Source: Ruminococcus sp.
GTDB taxonomy: Bacteria > Bacillota > Clostridia > Oscillospirales > Ruminococcaceae
Reading direction: 5' to 3'
Length of the DNA: 64,000 nt
Assembly: GCA_015066815.1 (NCBI GenBank)
Contig: SVNR01000001.1
Span: 7,215-71,214 of the forward strand
Shown: positions 53,927 through 63,262 of the stretch, one piece after another
Numbering within the stretch: the first letter of the stretch is position 1
How the letters are laid out: each line of letters starts with the position of its first letter
Notes under the pieces: generated by a model
The model's input: the letters and a program-made list of their open reading frames with translations, nothing else
What the model was told of the DNA's origin: nothing
The model's database searches: none
Position numbers and translations under genes: made by a program

Positions 53927-56299
53927 TCAGTATGTCGAATATCCGTCAAGCGTTGTCCAGCTGTATTCTCCTCCCATAGCCGGAGGATCACCGTTGAACG
54001 GCGGATCATCAACATAGAAGTATCCGAACAGGTTAGTAACGTCTATGGCGCCAACTTCAAGAGAGCCTATATAGCATACATCAGTCATAGCTTTTTTAGT
54101 TATAGGGTTTGCCATCTCACCCGGAAGTATCTTTCCGTCACCATCTATATCAAGATACTGATATACTGTATACGTTACGTCCTTTTTGATCTCGTTTTCA
54201 GACTTTGAAGTAAATGTAGCACATGGTGCGATAATATCACCTGTAAAGAGATAGTTACCGTCTGACATAGTTATATCAACATAAGTATCAGAGGACGCAT
54301 ACATATATATATGCGGAACAAGCTTGCTGTCCGGATAGGTAGAGAGAGGCTCTAAAGGCTGTGTGTTTTCTACCAGTCTCTCATAGTATGTTTTTGTAAC
54401 TATTTTTGTCATTTTCAGGTCGAGAATCTGATGTGATGTCTCTGAGTTTCCTGGAGCCTTCTCTATAAAGAACTTAACACTTCCGCCCAGACTGTCATCA
54501 ACGATTATCGTCTTGTTATATATTCCCTTAAGATCAGATGCTATGTTTATCCATAAGTCATCATGGCCCGGGTTGATATAGATTGTTTTCGGATCCTCGT
54601 TATCCGCAAGACCGCTTGAAGCATCCCAGATACAGGACTTTGTTATAGTTGTGGTTACACCGTCCCACTTTTCAGTTCCGTTATATCCTGATGTTTCCTC
54701 AACACCGATATACTGCTCAACTCCGCCTTCTGCTTTTTTGAACTGCTTTTTGATATTGTCAAGCGTCTGTATATAGTATACAGGAGTCGCTGCACCGTTA
54801 TCCATTGTGAAAGCTGTTCTGAAGTCGCTTTGGGTTTTAAGTGCATTCGGATGTTTTTTTACACCCGGTGCAGCTTCAACCTTATCAAGATCAGCTAATT
54901 TTTTTAAGAAGTCGTTTGTATCAAAGTCGTTTTTCTCAGAAGGATCGAACTCAACCGGAACCTTTCCGCCGCCGATCTTATCAGCACCTGTACATTTACC
55001 TCCGACGTATATATCGCCGTTTACTGTTACAGATGCTTCAACTTTAAGATCTCCTACCACACACAGATCTCCGTTTATTGTAACACCGTTTCCTGCAAGA
55101 GCAAGATTTCCCTTGCAGTATATATTACCTGTTTCAAGATCACCCTTATCTGTTACTCCGGTCACAAGCTCGGTTGCCCAGTTAAGAAGTGCAGAACCGC
55201 CTTCAAGCTTAAGTACATTGTCTTTACCTTCATCCATACACATAATGTTGCTGGTACCTGACAGCTTCGCAGCACCTCCGCCTGTGAAGTTTATTGAACC
55301 ACAGTAGATGTTGAGCGGACCCGGTCTGCCGGGTGCCGTACCGTTTATCTCGATGTTTCCGCTTTTTATTATTATATCATCCTCAACATAGAGATAAGGA
55401 ATATTGTAAAACTTCTCTCCGCTCAGATCCGTAAGATAAGCAGGCGGATACTGAGTCTGTATCTTAATTCCGTTTTGAAGTACAAGATCTCCCTCTACAC
55501 GAAGACCGCTGTAGTATCCGTTATCAGGATCGTTTCTTCCGAATATAAGTGAATCTCCTTTTGTAGTTGCGTTAAAAAGATACTCGTTTGCGTTTATAAA
55601 AATATCGCCGCCACTTGCTGCCTGGTTTGCAGAAGTGGTCTTATCTATCTTTGACTCAATGCCGGCATAGAACCTACCCATAACTGCCGGCGCGTCGTTC
55701 GAGCCAGCGCCGCCCTTATAGTCGGACATGGCGATATATCCTCCGCCGTTTGAGTCAGTTTTCTTGCTCTTTATATCACCTACAACATAAGTGGAGTAGG
55801 TAGAGGTCTGACCACCCATAAACACCTCAGCGGTCACTTTTATGATCTTCTGGCCGTTTTTGCCTGAAAGACCTGAGATAGTATACTCGTTTCTGTTATC
55901 TGCAACATACTGAAAGGTAAGTGAACGCACATCACCAAATCCCGGAATATAGCTTCCGTCTGCCTTACCGTCTCCGTCAGAATCAACGCTTACGTCTACT
56001 TTTATCGGCGGACCCCCCTTTATTCCAAGCTTTTTTACTATTTCCTGTCCGAAGGTCTGGTTTGCGCCACCCTCCTTAAAGCTTTCGATAACGTTATCTA
56101 CAAGGTTCTGTGCAGTAAAGTTGGTCTGATTGTCGTACCAAGTCGAGTATGACTTTTTGCTTGCAGCACCCGCAAGTCCTATGGCGGTTGTAACAAGTAT
56201 GAGTAGTACCACCATAACTACTACAGTTGTAAAGAGAACAGAACCACGCACTTTCATACGCATTTTTCCGGCACTGACAGCCTTAGTGTTCCCGTTCAT
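53927..56299 (-). CDS. Large PilX/K-like minor pilin, candidate tip adhesin
   Basis: RG|SVLFTTVVVMVVLL (no Glu5); long beta-rich C-terminus; RBS aggaaaggtgg. Confidence 0.7.
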   Translation of the reverse strand: MNGNTKAVSAGKMRMKVRGSVLFTTVVVMVVLLILVTTAIGLAGAASKKSYSTWYDNQTNFTAQNLVDNVIESFKEGGANQTFGQEIVKKLGIKGGPPIKVDVSVDSDGDGKADGSYIPGFGDVRSLTFQYVADNRNEYTISGLSGKNGQKIIKVTAEVFMGGQTSTYSTYVVGDIKSKKTDSNGGGYIAMSDYKGGAGSNDAPAVMGRFYAGIESKIDKTTSANQAASGGDIFINANEYLFNATTKGDSLIFGRNDPDNGYYSGLRVEGDLVLQNGIKIQTQYPPAYLTDLSGEKFYNIPYLYVEDDIIIKSGNIEINGTAPGRPGPLNIYCGSINFTGGGAAKLSGTSNIMCMDEGKDNVLKLEGGSALLNWATELVTGVTDKGDLETGNIYCKGNLALAGNGVTINGDLCVVGDLKVEASVTVNGDIYVGGKCTGADKIGGGKVPVEFDPSEKNDFDTNDFLKKLADLDKVEAAPGVKKHPNALKTQSDFRTAFTMDNGAATPVYYIQTLDNIKKQFKKAEGGVEQYIGVEETSGYNGTEKWDGVTTTITKSCIWDASSGLADNEDPKTIYINPGHDDLWINIASDLKGIYNKTIIVDDSLGGSVKFFIEKAPGNSETSHQILDLKMTKIVTKTYYERLVENTQPLEPLSTYPDSKLVPHIYMYASSDTYVDITMSDGNYLFTGDIIAPCATFTSKSENEIKKDVTYTVYQYLDIDGDGKILPGEMANPITKKAMTDVCYIGSLEVGAIDVTNLFGYFYVDDPPFNGDPPAMGGEYSWTTLDGYSTY

Positions 56300-56386
56300 C
56301 AGTTTTACCACCTTTCCTGATAGTTTTGTTTTTACGCGTTTAGGGAGATCGCCAGTAAACAACCTCCCTAAAAAACCTGCTATAAA

Positions 56387-57145
56387 TTAGTTGTTGAACT
56401 CCGGCTTCTGGATCTGCTGCATTGTATAGAACTCAAACGTTACATCTCCTTCAGAGTAGCCCTTTTCTTCAGGAACTTCAGAAGCATATGAAAAAGTATA
56501 GTCACCGATGCTGACGTTTGTTATACGGATACCAGTTTCGTCTTTCTTAAGCTCGTCTTCAAGAGCAAGAAGCGCTTCCTTTGTAAACTTCATAGGAACG
56601 CTTACTGTACGCACCTCAACCGTCTGCTCTACAAGAGTTTCCATATTAAGAGCGTTCACAACCTTGTCATAAAGTGCCTTATCGGATGTCTCCATAAGAT
56701 TTCCGTTTGTATCAGCAAGCTCAAGTATCGGATATGTTATTACGTTAGGAGTATAGCGATAGAAAGGAACGCCGCCTGTTGAAGCATCGCCTATGCTAAG
56801 GCCTCCTGTTATCTCGAGTGCATTTTTAGGTGACTTCTTGTATGGCTCCTTATTAAGGAGTGTTTCGAAGTACTTATCAATATCAAGGTTATCCCTGTGT
56901 ACAGTAAACTTCTCAGAAAGTCCCTTGGAAGCGTCATAGACCTCCATAATATTGTTTTCAATGATCGGGATCTGTTCAATAAGACGCTTAGTATCGTCAT
57001 ACTGCTTCTCTATTATCTCAAGCTCCTTAGTATGAATATCGATGTTTTTTCTTACAACCTTGATAGGCCACGCTATGAAAACTACGATAATCACTGCAAC
57101 AATTAAGACAAGAAGTCCTATCTTTTCTCTGTAACTTAACTTCAT
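56387..57145 (-). CDS. PilO-like alignment protein
   Basis: LSYREK, TM, coiled coil; follows pilM. Confidence 0.6.
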   Translation of the reverse strand: MKLSYREKIGLLVLIVAVIIVVFIAWPIKVVRKNIDIHTKELEIIEKQYDDTKRLIEQIPIIENNIMEVYDASKGLSEKFTVHRDNLDIDKYFETLLNKEPYKKSPKNALEITGGLSIGDASTGGVPFYRYTPNVITYPILELADTNGNLMETSDKALYDKVVNALNMETLVEQTVEVRTVSVPMKFTKEALLALEDELKKDETGIRITNVSIGDYTFSYASEVPEEKGYSEGDVTFEFYTMQQIQKPEFNN

Positions 57146-58818
57146 TACTGGTTAACCTCCGTTTCTGTAGCTTCGTATGAAGCTAAGTCCTTATATCCTG
57201 CTACAGGACTCTTGACATCCATTTTAAGCTGTACTGATACAGCCTTTTCGCCTTCGTCAGATGACTGCTGAGCCGGTGTCGCGCCGGCTGCTGTATCGGA
57301 TATAGTTGTAATACTGTATCCGACATATTCGATGTTTTCAAAGTAACCTGTTTTCTCAAGGTTTTCCATAAAGAGCGAAGCAAATGTCGGAGCAGGCTCA
57401 GTCTTGTCAATAAGAGACGTAAACCCAAGCGTTACTAAACCGTCAGCATAATCAAACGAATCGATTGTAAACTTATCCTTGCCGTTATCCTTAGGGTTAA
57501 ACGAAAGGCCCTGTATCTTAGCCTGAGAAACTGTGTCAGCTGCAACCTTTTCTACTGTGGTATATACTTCACTCCATATGTACGGTCTGGTACTGAGTGC
57601 GTCAGCCGCAAGTGTTGCTCTATGCTGATAATCCTTGACCTGAGTCTGAAGCTCAAGACGCGCTTCACGCTTAGCAAGATCTGCTGCAGTCTGATCCGAC
57701 TCAAGATAGGTTTTCATTTCATTGATATCTTTTTTTAGCCCCGAATCCTTAATTAAAAGAGCACCCGTGATACTTCCCATGATAATAAGCGTAGCCAAAA
57801 ATGCACCTGCAAAGATCACAGTAAAGGAGCTGTCAGACTTAACCTTATCAGTTATTGCACTTGCTGCACCGCCGAACTCGAGAAGATTTATCTTTTCTGT
57901 TACCTTGTTTCGAGGGAACATAGCACCGATAGCGTTTGCATAGAGGGCAAACTCAAGGTTCTGATATCCCTTAACGTTCTTAGGAACCGAGATAACTGTT
58001 GTGTTTATATCCATCTGCTCAAGATCCTTGGATATACGCATATATTCCTTGGTATCACCGTAGAGCACTACGTTTCTGATAGGATCTCCTGCGTTTCTGC
58101 TTCTGTGGAACTGAAGCATACGGAATATGTTTTCATTTACTGCTTCGTAAACATAGTCTGCGGAGTTATCGTAGTCAGCCGCATCGATAGAAGCAAAACG
58201 CGAGAACGAAAGCTGGTTGTTTTCGTAGATATTCAAGCTTATGAAGCTTCCGTCTATCTGAACAGCAAGAAGCGGCATCTTAGCTCTGTTCTTGTCATCG
58301 GAAAGAAGAACCTTTGTGATACAGTTACAGCCTATAATAACCGACTTGAGCGCAATACCAAGCATTGAGAATACTCTCTTGTATGAGTCGATAACCTCTG
58401 AAGGACATGCTGTAGCAAGTACTGTTACCATATCATCGGATGTTTCAGCGTCAGCTGAAGTACCTGTAACTATAGAATATGAGATAGCATAAGAATCATC
58501 GATACCAACCTTCGCCTGCATCTCAGCCTTTACCATCTTTATGAACTCCTGCTCCCTCTGAGCCTTTCTTACGCTGAGCTCCTTGAAGATGGTCATGTTG
58601 GAGGAAATGCTGACGATAGCTTCCTTATCCATCATTCTGTTCTGCTTTATCTTCTGGTTCATTATAGTAGCAAGTCTCGGAACATCCTTAACGTGACCGT
58701 TTACTATGATGTCTTCATCAATGTTGAGTGTTGCAGCAGAACTGATGCTTATCTTGTTCTTGTTTTCGACACCCTTAATAATACGTATGTTTCTATCTGT
58801 TATATCAAACGATAGCAT
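57145..58818 (-). CDS. pilM: PilM with fused PilN-like C-terminal region
   Basis: LSFDITDRNIRII, IVNGHVKD, VVLYGD actin-like region, then TM and periplasm-side domain. Confidence 0.75.
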   Translation of the reverse strand: MLSFDITDRNIRIIKGVENKNKISISSAATLNIDEDIIVNGHVKDVPRLATIMNQKIKQNRMMDKEAIVSISSNMTIFKELSVRKAQREQEFIKMVKAEMQAKVGIDDSYAISYSIVTGTSADAETSDDMVTVLATACPSEVIDSYKRVFSMLGIALKSVIIGCNCITKVLLSDDKNRAKMPLLAVQIDGSFISLNIYENNQLSFSRFASIDAADYDNSADYVYEAVNENIFRMLQFHRSRNAGDPIRNVVLYGDTKEYMRISKDLEQMDINTTVISVPKNVKGYQNLEFALYANAIGAMFPRNKVTEKINLLEFGGAASAITDKVKSDSSFTVIFAGAFLATLIIMGSITGALLIKDSGLKKDINEMKTYLESDQTAADLAKREARLELQTQVKDYQHRATLAADALSTRPYIWSEVYTTVEKVAADTVSQAKIQGLSFNPKDNGKDKFTIDSFDYADGLVTLGFTSLIDKTEPAPTFASLFMENLEKTGYFENIEYVGYSITTISDTAAGATPAQQSSDEGEKAVSVQLKMDVKSPVAGYKDLASYEATETEVNQ

Positions 58819-58887
58819 TAAATTTCCACCTCTCTGTGTAAATAAAGTTTTGTTTTAATAAGTAATGCAAAAGCTGTTTTTTTATGA

Positions 58888-60012
58888 TTATAAGGTTTCA
58901 AGTCCGTTGAGTGACTCGTAAATCGCAGGATATACACCGGCAAGGAGAAGACCTACAACAACACCGAGGAATATGATCATTACCGGTTCAAGAATCGATA
59001 CGAGACGCTGAACTGCAGAGTCTGCTTCTTCATCATAGTAGTCGGCTGACTTTTCGAGGATATCGTCAAGAGCACCGGCCTCTTCACCTACGAATATAAT
59101 AGAACAGAACATTGATTCGAATATCTCTGTTCTTGTGATAGCTGCAGAGAGCGGTTCGCCCTGCTTAACCTCGTCAACTACCTGCTTGAACTTATCTGAT
59201 ATGTATGAGTTGCCAAGAATATCAGAGGATCTCTGAAGGCACTCTACCATCGGAATACCGCTTGAGTAAAGCGAGGAAAGTGTTCTTGCAAAACGTGCTG
59301 TATAGATCTTTACCATAAGAGGACCTATCTTCGGAGCCGTTATCTTGTACATATCGACCTTGTAGCGTATGGAAGGCACCTTCAGCGCATATATGACACC
59401 GAACACTACTGCAACAACTACCATAATGATGAGATACCAGTACTTGAGGAATATCTTGTTTCCTGCAAGAAGGAACTGTGCGATGATGTTGAGGTTCTTG
59501 GCGTCGCCGAAAAGCGGTTCAAGAACAGGTATGATAACTGTAAAGATAAGTATAACAACTGCTACGCAAAGTACGAGAAGAACAATAGGATATATCAGAG
59601 CACCTTTGATAGTGTTGTTCATCTTGTTTTCCTTATCATAATGAGCTTCAAGTCGCTTCATGATAACGTCCATCTGACCGCTGCTCTCACCGGCATTTAC
59701 CATGCTCTTCATAAAGTTAGGGAAAGCATCGCCCTGCATCTCAAGTGCGTTTGAGAAGGATTCACCCTTCTGAACCTGTTCATAGATATCGACCCATATA
59801 GCCCGGGCCTTATCGCTTTCCTGCTCTTTGCTCAGGATATCAAGTGCTTTAACAAGTGTAAGTCCTGATGAAAGCATCGCACTCAACTGACGGCAGTTGA
59901 ATGACAGTTCTTTGGTTTTGAACTTGTAGATTGACTTGTTTTCCTCTGAAGTATTATTTTTACTGCCTGACTTTGACGTATCGAGTCCCTTGGCAATAGA
60001 AATCTTACTCAT
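58888..60012 (-). CDS. pilC: Type IV pilus platform protein
   Basis: FNCRQLSAMLSSGL, AGESSG, ALIYP, TLSSLYSSGIP, GEEAGALD, LEPVMI. Confidence 0.93.
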   Translation of the reverse strand: MSKISIAKGLDTSKSGSKNNTSEENKSIYKFKTKELSFNCRQLSAMLSSGLTLVKALDILSKEQESDKARAIWVDIYEQVQKGESFSNALEMQGDAFPNFMKSMVNAGESSGQMDVIMKRLEAHYDKENKMNNTIKGALIYPIVLLVLCVAVVILIFTVIIPVLEPLFGDAKNLNIIAQFLLAGNKIFLKYWYLIIMVVVAVVFGVIYALKVPSIRYKVDMYKITAPKIGPLMVKIYTARFARTLSSLYSSGIPMVECLQRSSDILGNSYISDKFKQVVDEVKQGEPLSAAITRTEIFESMFCSIIFVGEEAGALDDILEKSADYYDEEADSAVQRLVSILEPVMIIFLGVVVGLLLAGVYPAIYESLNGLETL

Positions 60013-60083
60013 TTGACCACCTCCGAATTATTATATAGTTTCACAACTAAGAGCATAAATAGACACACTACTCTAATAATATT

Positions 60084-60112
60084 ATTATATCATCACACAC
60101 CATAAATTGCAA
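60084..60112 (-). promoter_or_regulatory. sigmaA promoter of the pilC operon
   Basis: TTGCAA-17-TATAAT with TG extension. Confidence 0.75.
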
Positions 60113-60280
60113 TTGTGTATTTTATATAAATACATAGTACATAATTATAAAAATGCACCAATACGAATACTTAAGATGCCAAACAGACAAAAAGTAACGC
60201 GGTTTTATTACATATTAATCCTTTATAAGTGTTTTTCTGGAATATTTACCTGATTATTTTAGAGCATTTTAAGATAAAAC

Positions 60281-60490
60281 TCACAAATCACCTATATTTA
60301 TAGGAGTTAATTTGTTTATATCGCCGTTTGGTGTACTAACCTCAATGATGTAAAAAATATAACAAAGCCTCATCAGAAACACTCTTATGAAAACGTTTTT
60401 ACGTATACCGACAGCATGGCTCTGATATCTGTCAGCCACCCTTCTGTCTTTCCCAAAAACGCAGAAGACAGACACCGCCTCATGCGACAT
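60281..60490 (-). CDS. Possible small hypothetical protein (69 aa)
   Basis: AGGAGA RBS 4 nt before ATG; no recognised homology. Confidence 0.3.
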   Translation of the reverse strand: MSHEAVSVFCVFGKDRRVADRYQSHAVGIRKNVFIRVFLMRLCYIFYIIEVSTPNGDINKLTPINIGDL

Positions 60491-60516
60491 CTGTCTCCTG
60501 TACTATTGATATTATT

Positions 60517-60562
60517 ACCCTGCACATCCGCTGGTTATGTTAACGCGGCGCATATCAGACAA
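60517..60562 (-). repeat. 46-bp conserved motif copy C (TTGTCT-GA-TATGCGC-N18-GGATGTGCAGGGT)
   Basis: Same length and arms as copies A and B. Confidence 0.75.
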
Positions 60563-60602
60563 TAGTTAAACGAAAAAATATTCTGCAACTACTCTATCCT
60601 TA

Positions 60603-61064
60603 TCATATTTTTTTCATAAGGCTTATCATTTCGAGCGCTGACATAGCACAGTCATAACCCTTGTTGCCTGCCTTGGTACCTGCACGCTCTATAGCCTGCT
60701 CTATGTTTTCAGTAGTAAGAACACCGAAAAGAACGGGGACTCCGCTGCTGAGAGACACCTGAGCTATACCCTTTGAAACCTCAGCACACACATAATCATA
60801 ATGAGTAGTAGAACCTCTTATAACTGCACCAACACATATAACTGCGTCATACTTTCCGCTTTCCGCAAGCTTCTTTGCAGCAAGAGGTATCTCATAAGCA
60901 CCGGGAACCCAGGCAAGATCTATATTGTCAGGGCTTATATCATGCCTTAAAAGCGCGTCCTCAGCGCCGCCTATAAGCTTCGAGGTTATAAACTCGTTAA
61001 ACCTTGATGCAACTATCGCTATTCTTGAATCCTTTTCTGTAAAATTTCCTTCAATGATATTCAT
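60603..61064 (-). CDS. ribH: 6,7-dimethyl-8-ribityllumazine synthase
   Basis: [38 protein letters not shown]; RBS ggagg. Confidence 0.96.
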   Translation of the reverse strand: MNIIEGNFTEKDSRIAIVASRFNEFITSKLIGGAEDALLRHDISPDNIDLAWVPGAYEIPLAAKKLAESGKYDAVICVGAVIRGSTTHYDYVCAEVSKGIAQVSLSSGVPVLFGVLTTENIEQAIERAGTKAGNKGYDCAMSALEMISLMKKI

Positions 61065-61116
61065 ACTGTAAACTCCTCCGTTTTTATTCAGTGTAATAAA
61101 TTTATAATTTTTTATC

Positions 61117-61162
61117 GCCTTGCACATCCCCTGACTGAGAAAGATAAGTGCATACCGGCTAA
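61117..61162 (-). repeat. 46-bp conserved motif copy B (TTAGCC-GG-TATGCAC-N18-GGATGTGCAAGGC)
   Basis: Arms identical to copy A; N18 core unrelated. Confidence 0.8.
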
Positions 61163-61239
61163 CAGCAAATCAGATATCCATACCCTCAGTCACTTCACCA
61201 GGCCACAAGGGTATGAAGTTTAAATCAGAGTACTAAAAA

Positions 61240-62445
61240 TCAGTCTCCGAACGTGAGCATATGTCCCATACGGCATTTTTTTGTCTTCATATAGAACTCA
61301 TCCTGTGCCGTAGTTTCCATCTGAAGCGGCACACGCTCTGTTATCTCTATGCCATAGTCTGAAAGATCAGCTATCTTCAGCGGGTTGTTGGTCATAAGAC
61401 GAAGCTTTACTGCACCAAAGTATCTGAGCATCTGCGCACCGCAGCTGTAGTCACGCATATCAGCCGGAAAGCCGAGCTCTATATTTGCATCCACGGTATC
61501 GAGCCCCTGTTCCTGAAGAACATAGGCTTTTATTTTGTTTATAAGCCCTATTCCTCTGCCCTCCTGACGAAGATACAGAATAACTCCGCGTCCCTCTTTG
61601 GCTACCATCTTCATAGCCGCATCAAGCTGCTGTCCGCAGTCGCAGCGGCAGGAGCCGAACACATCACCTGTCAGACACTCTGAATGAACTCTGCAAAGCA
61701 CCGGTTCTCCGTCAGATATCTCACCCATCGTAAGAGCTACATGGTGTTCACCTGTTATGCTGTTCTGAAAACCGTGTATCTCAAAGTCACCAAAACGAGT
61801 CGGAAGCTTTGCGTTTGTTATATGCTCCATAAAAATATCACAGCGTTTTCTGTATGCCTGCAGATCAGCTATAGTGATAAATTTTATTCCGTGCTTTACC
61901 GCAAGCTCCTTAAGCCCATCCTGTCTCATCATGGTTCCGTCATCTGCCATTATCTCACAGCAAAGTCCCACTTCTCTGAGTCCCGCAAGTCTCATAAGAT
62001 CAACCGTAGCCTCTGTATGTCCGTTTCTTTCAAGAACACCTCCGGGCTTCGCTTCAAGAGGAAACATATGTCCCGGACGTCTGAAATCCTGCGGTTTCAC
62101 GCCATCCTCAACACACTTCATAGCTGTTATGGATCTTTCGGCAGCTGATATACCGGTTGTAGTATCCTTATGGTCTATAGACACGGTAAAGGCTGTGCAG
62201 TGATTATCAGTATTGTTCTTTACCATCTGAGAAAGACCAAGCTTTGCAGTATACTCAGCACTCATAGGCATACAGATAAGCCCCTTTCCGTATGTAGCCA
62301 TGAAGTTTACGTTTTCCTGAGTCGCAAACTGAGCCGCACAGATAAAATCCCCCTCGTTTTCACGATCATCATCATCGGTAACAAGTATTATCCTTCCTGC
62401 CCTCAGCTCATCAAGAGCTTCATCTATTGTATTGTAACTGAACAT
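61240..62445 (-). CDS. ribBA: Bifunctional DHBP synthase / GTP cyclohydrolase II
   Basis: [45 protein letters not shown]. Confidence 0.96.
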   Translation of the reverse strand: MFSYNTIDEALDELRAGRIILVTDDDDRENEGDFICAAQFATQENVNFMATYGKGLICMPMSAEYTAKLGLSQMVKNNTDNHCTAFTVSIDHKDTTTGISAAERSITAMKCVEDGVKPQDFRRPGHMFPLEAKPGGVLERNGHTEATVDLMRLAGLREVGLCCEIMADDGTMMRQDGLKELAVKHGIKFITIADLQAYRKRCDIFMEHITNAKLPTRFGDFEIHGFQNSITGEHHVALTMGEISDGEPVLCRVHSECLTGDVFGSCRCDCGQQLDAAMKMVAKEGRGVILYLRQEGRGIGLINKIKAYVLQEQGLDTVDANIELGFPADMRDYSCGAQMLRYFGAVKLRLMTNNPLKIADLSDYGIEITERVPLQMETTAQDEFYMKTKKCRMGHMLTFGD

Positions 62446-62593
62446 GTTTTAAACCATTCCTTTCAAAAAAACAAACTATAAACCAACCTGAATCAACCGC
62501 CGCTTCTTACCTTGGCAACTGCAATAGGCAAAAAATATTTTTGTTTACCATAGGTTTCAAAACCCACTCAAAACCTCAGAGCACAGTTTGCAA

Positions 62594-63262
62594 CTACACT
62601 CCGAAACCGTTTGAAAGCAGCATTTCCTTTGTTATGCCACTGCTGCCGCCTGATTGCAAACCAGGCTTTGTATCGCTTAACCCCAGTAGCTTTTCAATAT
62701 ACTTTCCAACCATATCGCACTCTATGTTGACAAGCTCTCCATTCTTTTTTGAAAGCAGAGTTGTTTCAGAGGCGGTATGCGGGATAACAGAAACCTTAAA
62801 ATCCTTATCTGTAACAGATGCCACAGTAAGACTTATTCCATCAATAGCAACAGAGCCTTTTTCTATTATATAGCGAAGAATATCCTGACTTGCCGAAACA
62901 GTCACCCATACTGCATTTTCTTCTCTTTTCATAGCTGTGACAACGCCTGTTCCGTCTATATGTCCTGAAACAATATGTCCGCCGAACCGTCCGCCGCAGA
63001 GCATGGCACGTTCCATATTGACCCTGTCACCGGTTTTGAGATTTCCAAGCGAGCTTCTGCGCATGGTTTCCGCCATAACGTCCGCTGTAAACGTTTCTTT
63101 TGTTATACAGGTCGCTGTCAGACATACTCCGTTTACAGCTATACTGTCGCCTTCACGTGCATCGCTGAGCACTAACGAAGCCGAAAAGGTTATTTTTGAG
63201 GAAACTGCACCTTTTTTTACTGACAGTACTATGCCTTTTTCTTCTACTATTCCTGTGAACAA
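62594..63262 (-). CDS. ribE: Riboflavin synthase alpha chain
   Basis: MFTGIVEE, GDSIAVNGVCLT, GGHIVSGHIDG, KGSVAIDGISLT. Confidence 0.96.
   Translation of the reverse strand: MFTGIVEEKGIVLSVKKGAVSSKITFSASLVLSDAREGDSIAVNGVCLTATCITKETFTADVMAETMRRSSLGNLKTGDRVNMERAMLCGGRFGGHIVSGHIDGTGVVTAMKREENAVWVTVSASQDILRYIIEKGSVAIDGISLTVASVTDKDFKVSVIPHTASETTLLSKKNGELVNIECDMVGKYIEKLLGLSDTKPGLQSGGSSGITKEMLLSNGFGV

Noticed and set aside
47145-60012. Competence pseudopilus or type II secretion system
   Set aside because: PilT, PilM/O and major pilins indicate a retractile type IVa pilus; no ComG-type genes or secretin
60517-61162. 46-bp motif as integron attC sites
   Set aside because: The GTTAGCC-like end is at the wrong side relative to attC order, copies A and C lack it, and no integrase is present in the window
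62446-62593. FMN riboswitch in the rib spacers
   Set aside because: No RFN consensus; any such element would lie upstream of ribD, outside the window
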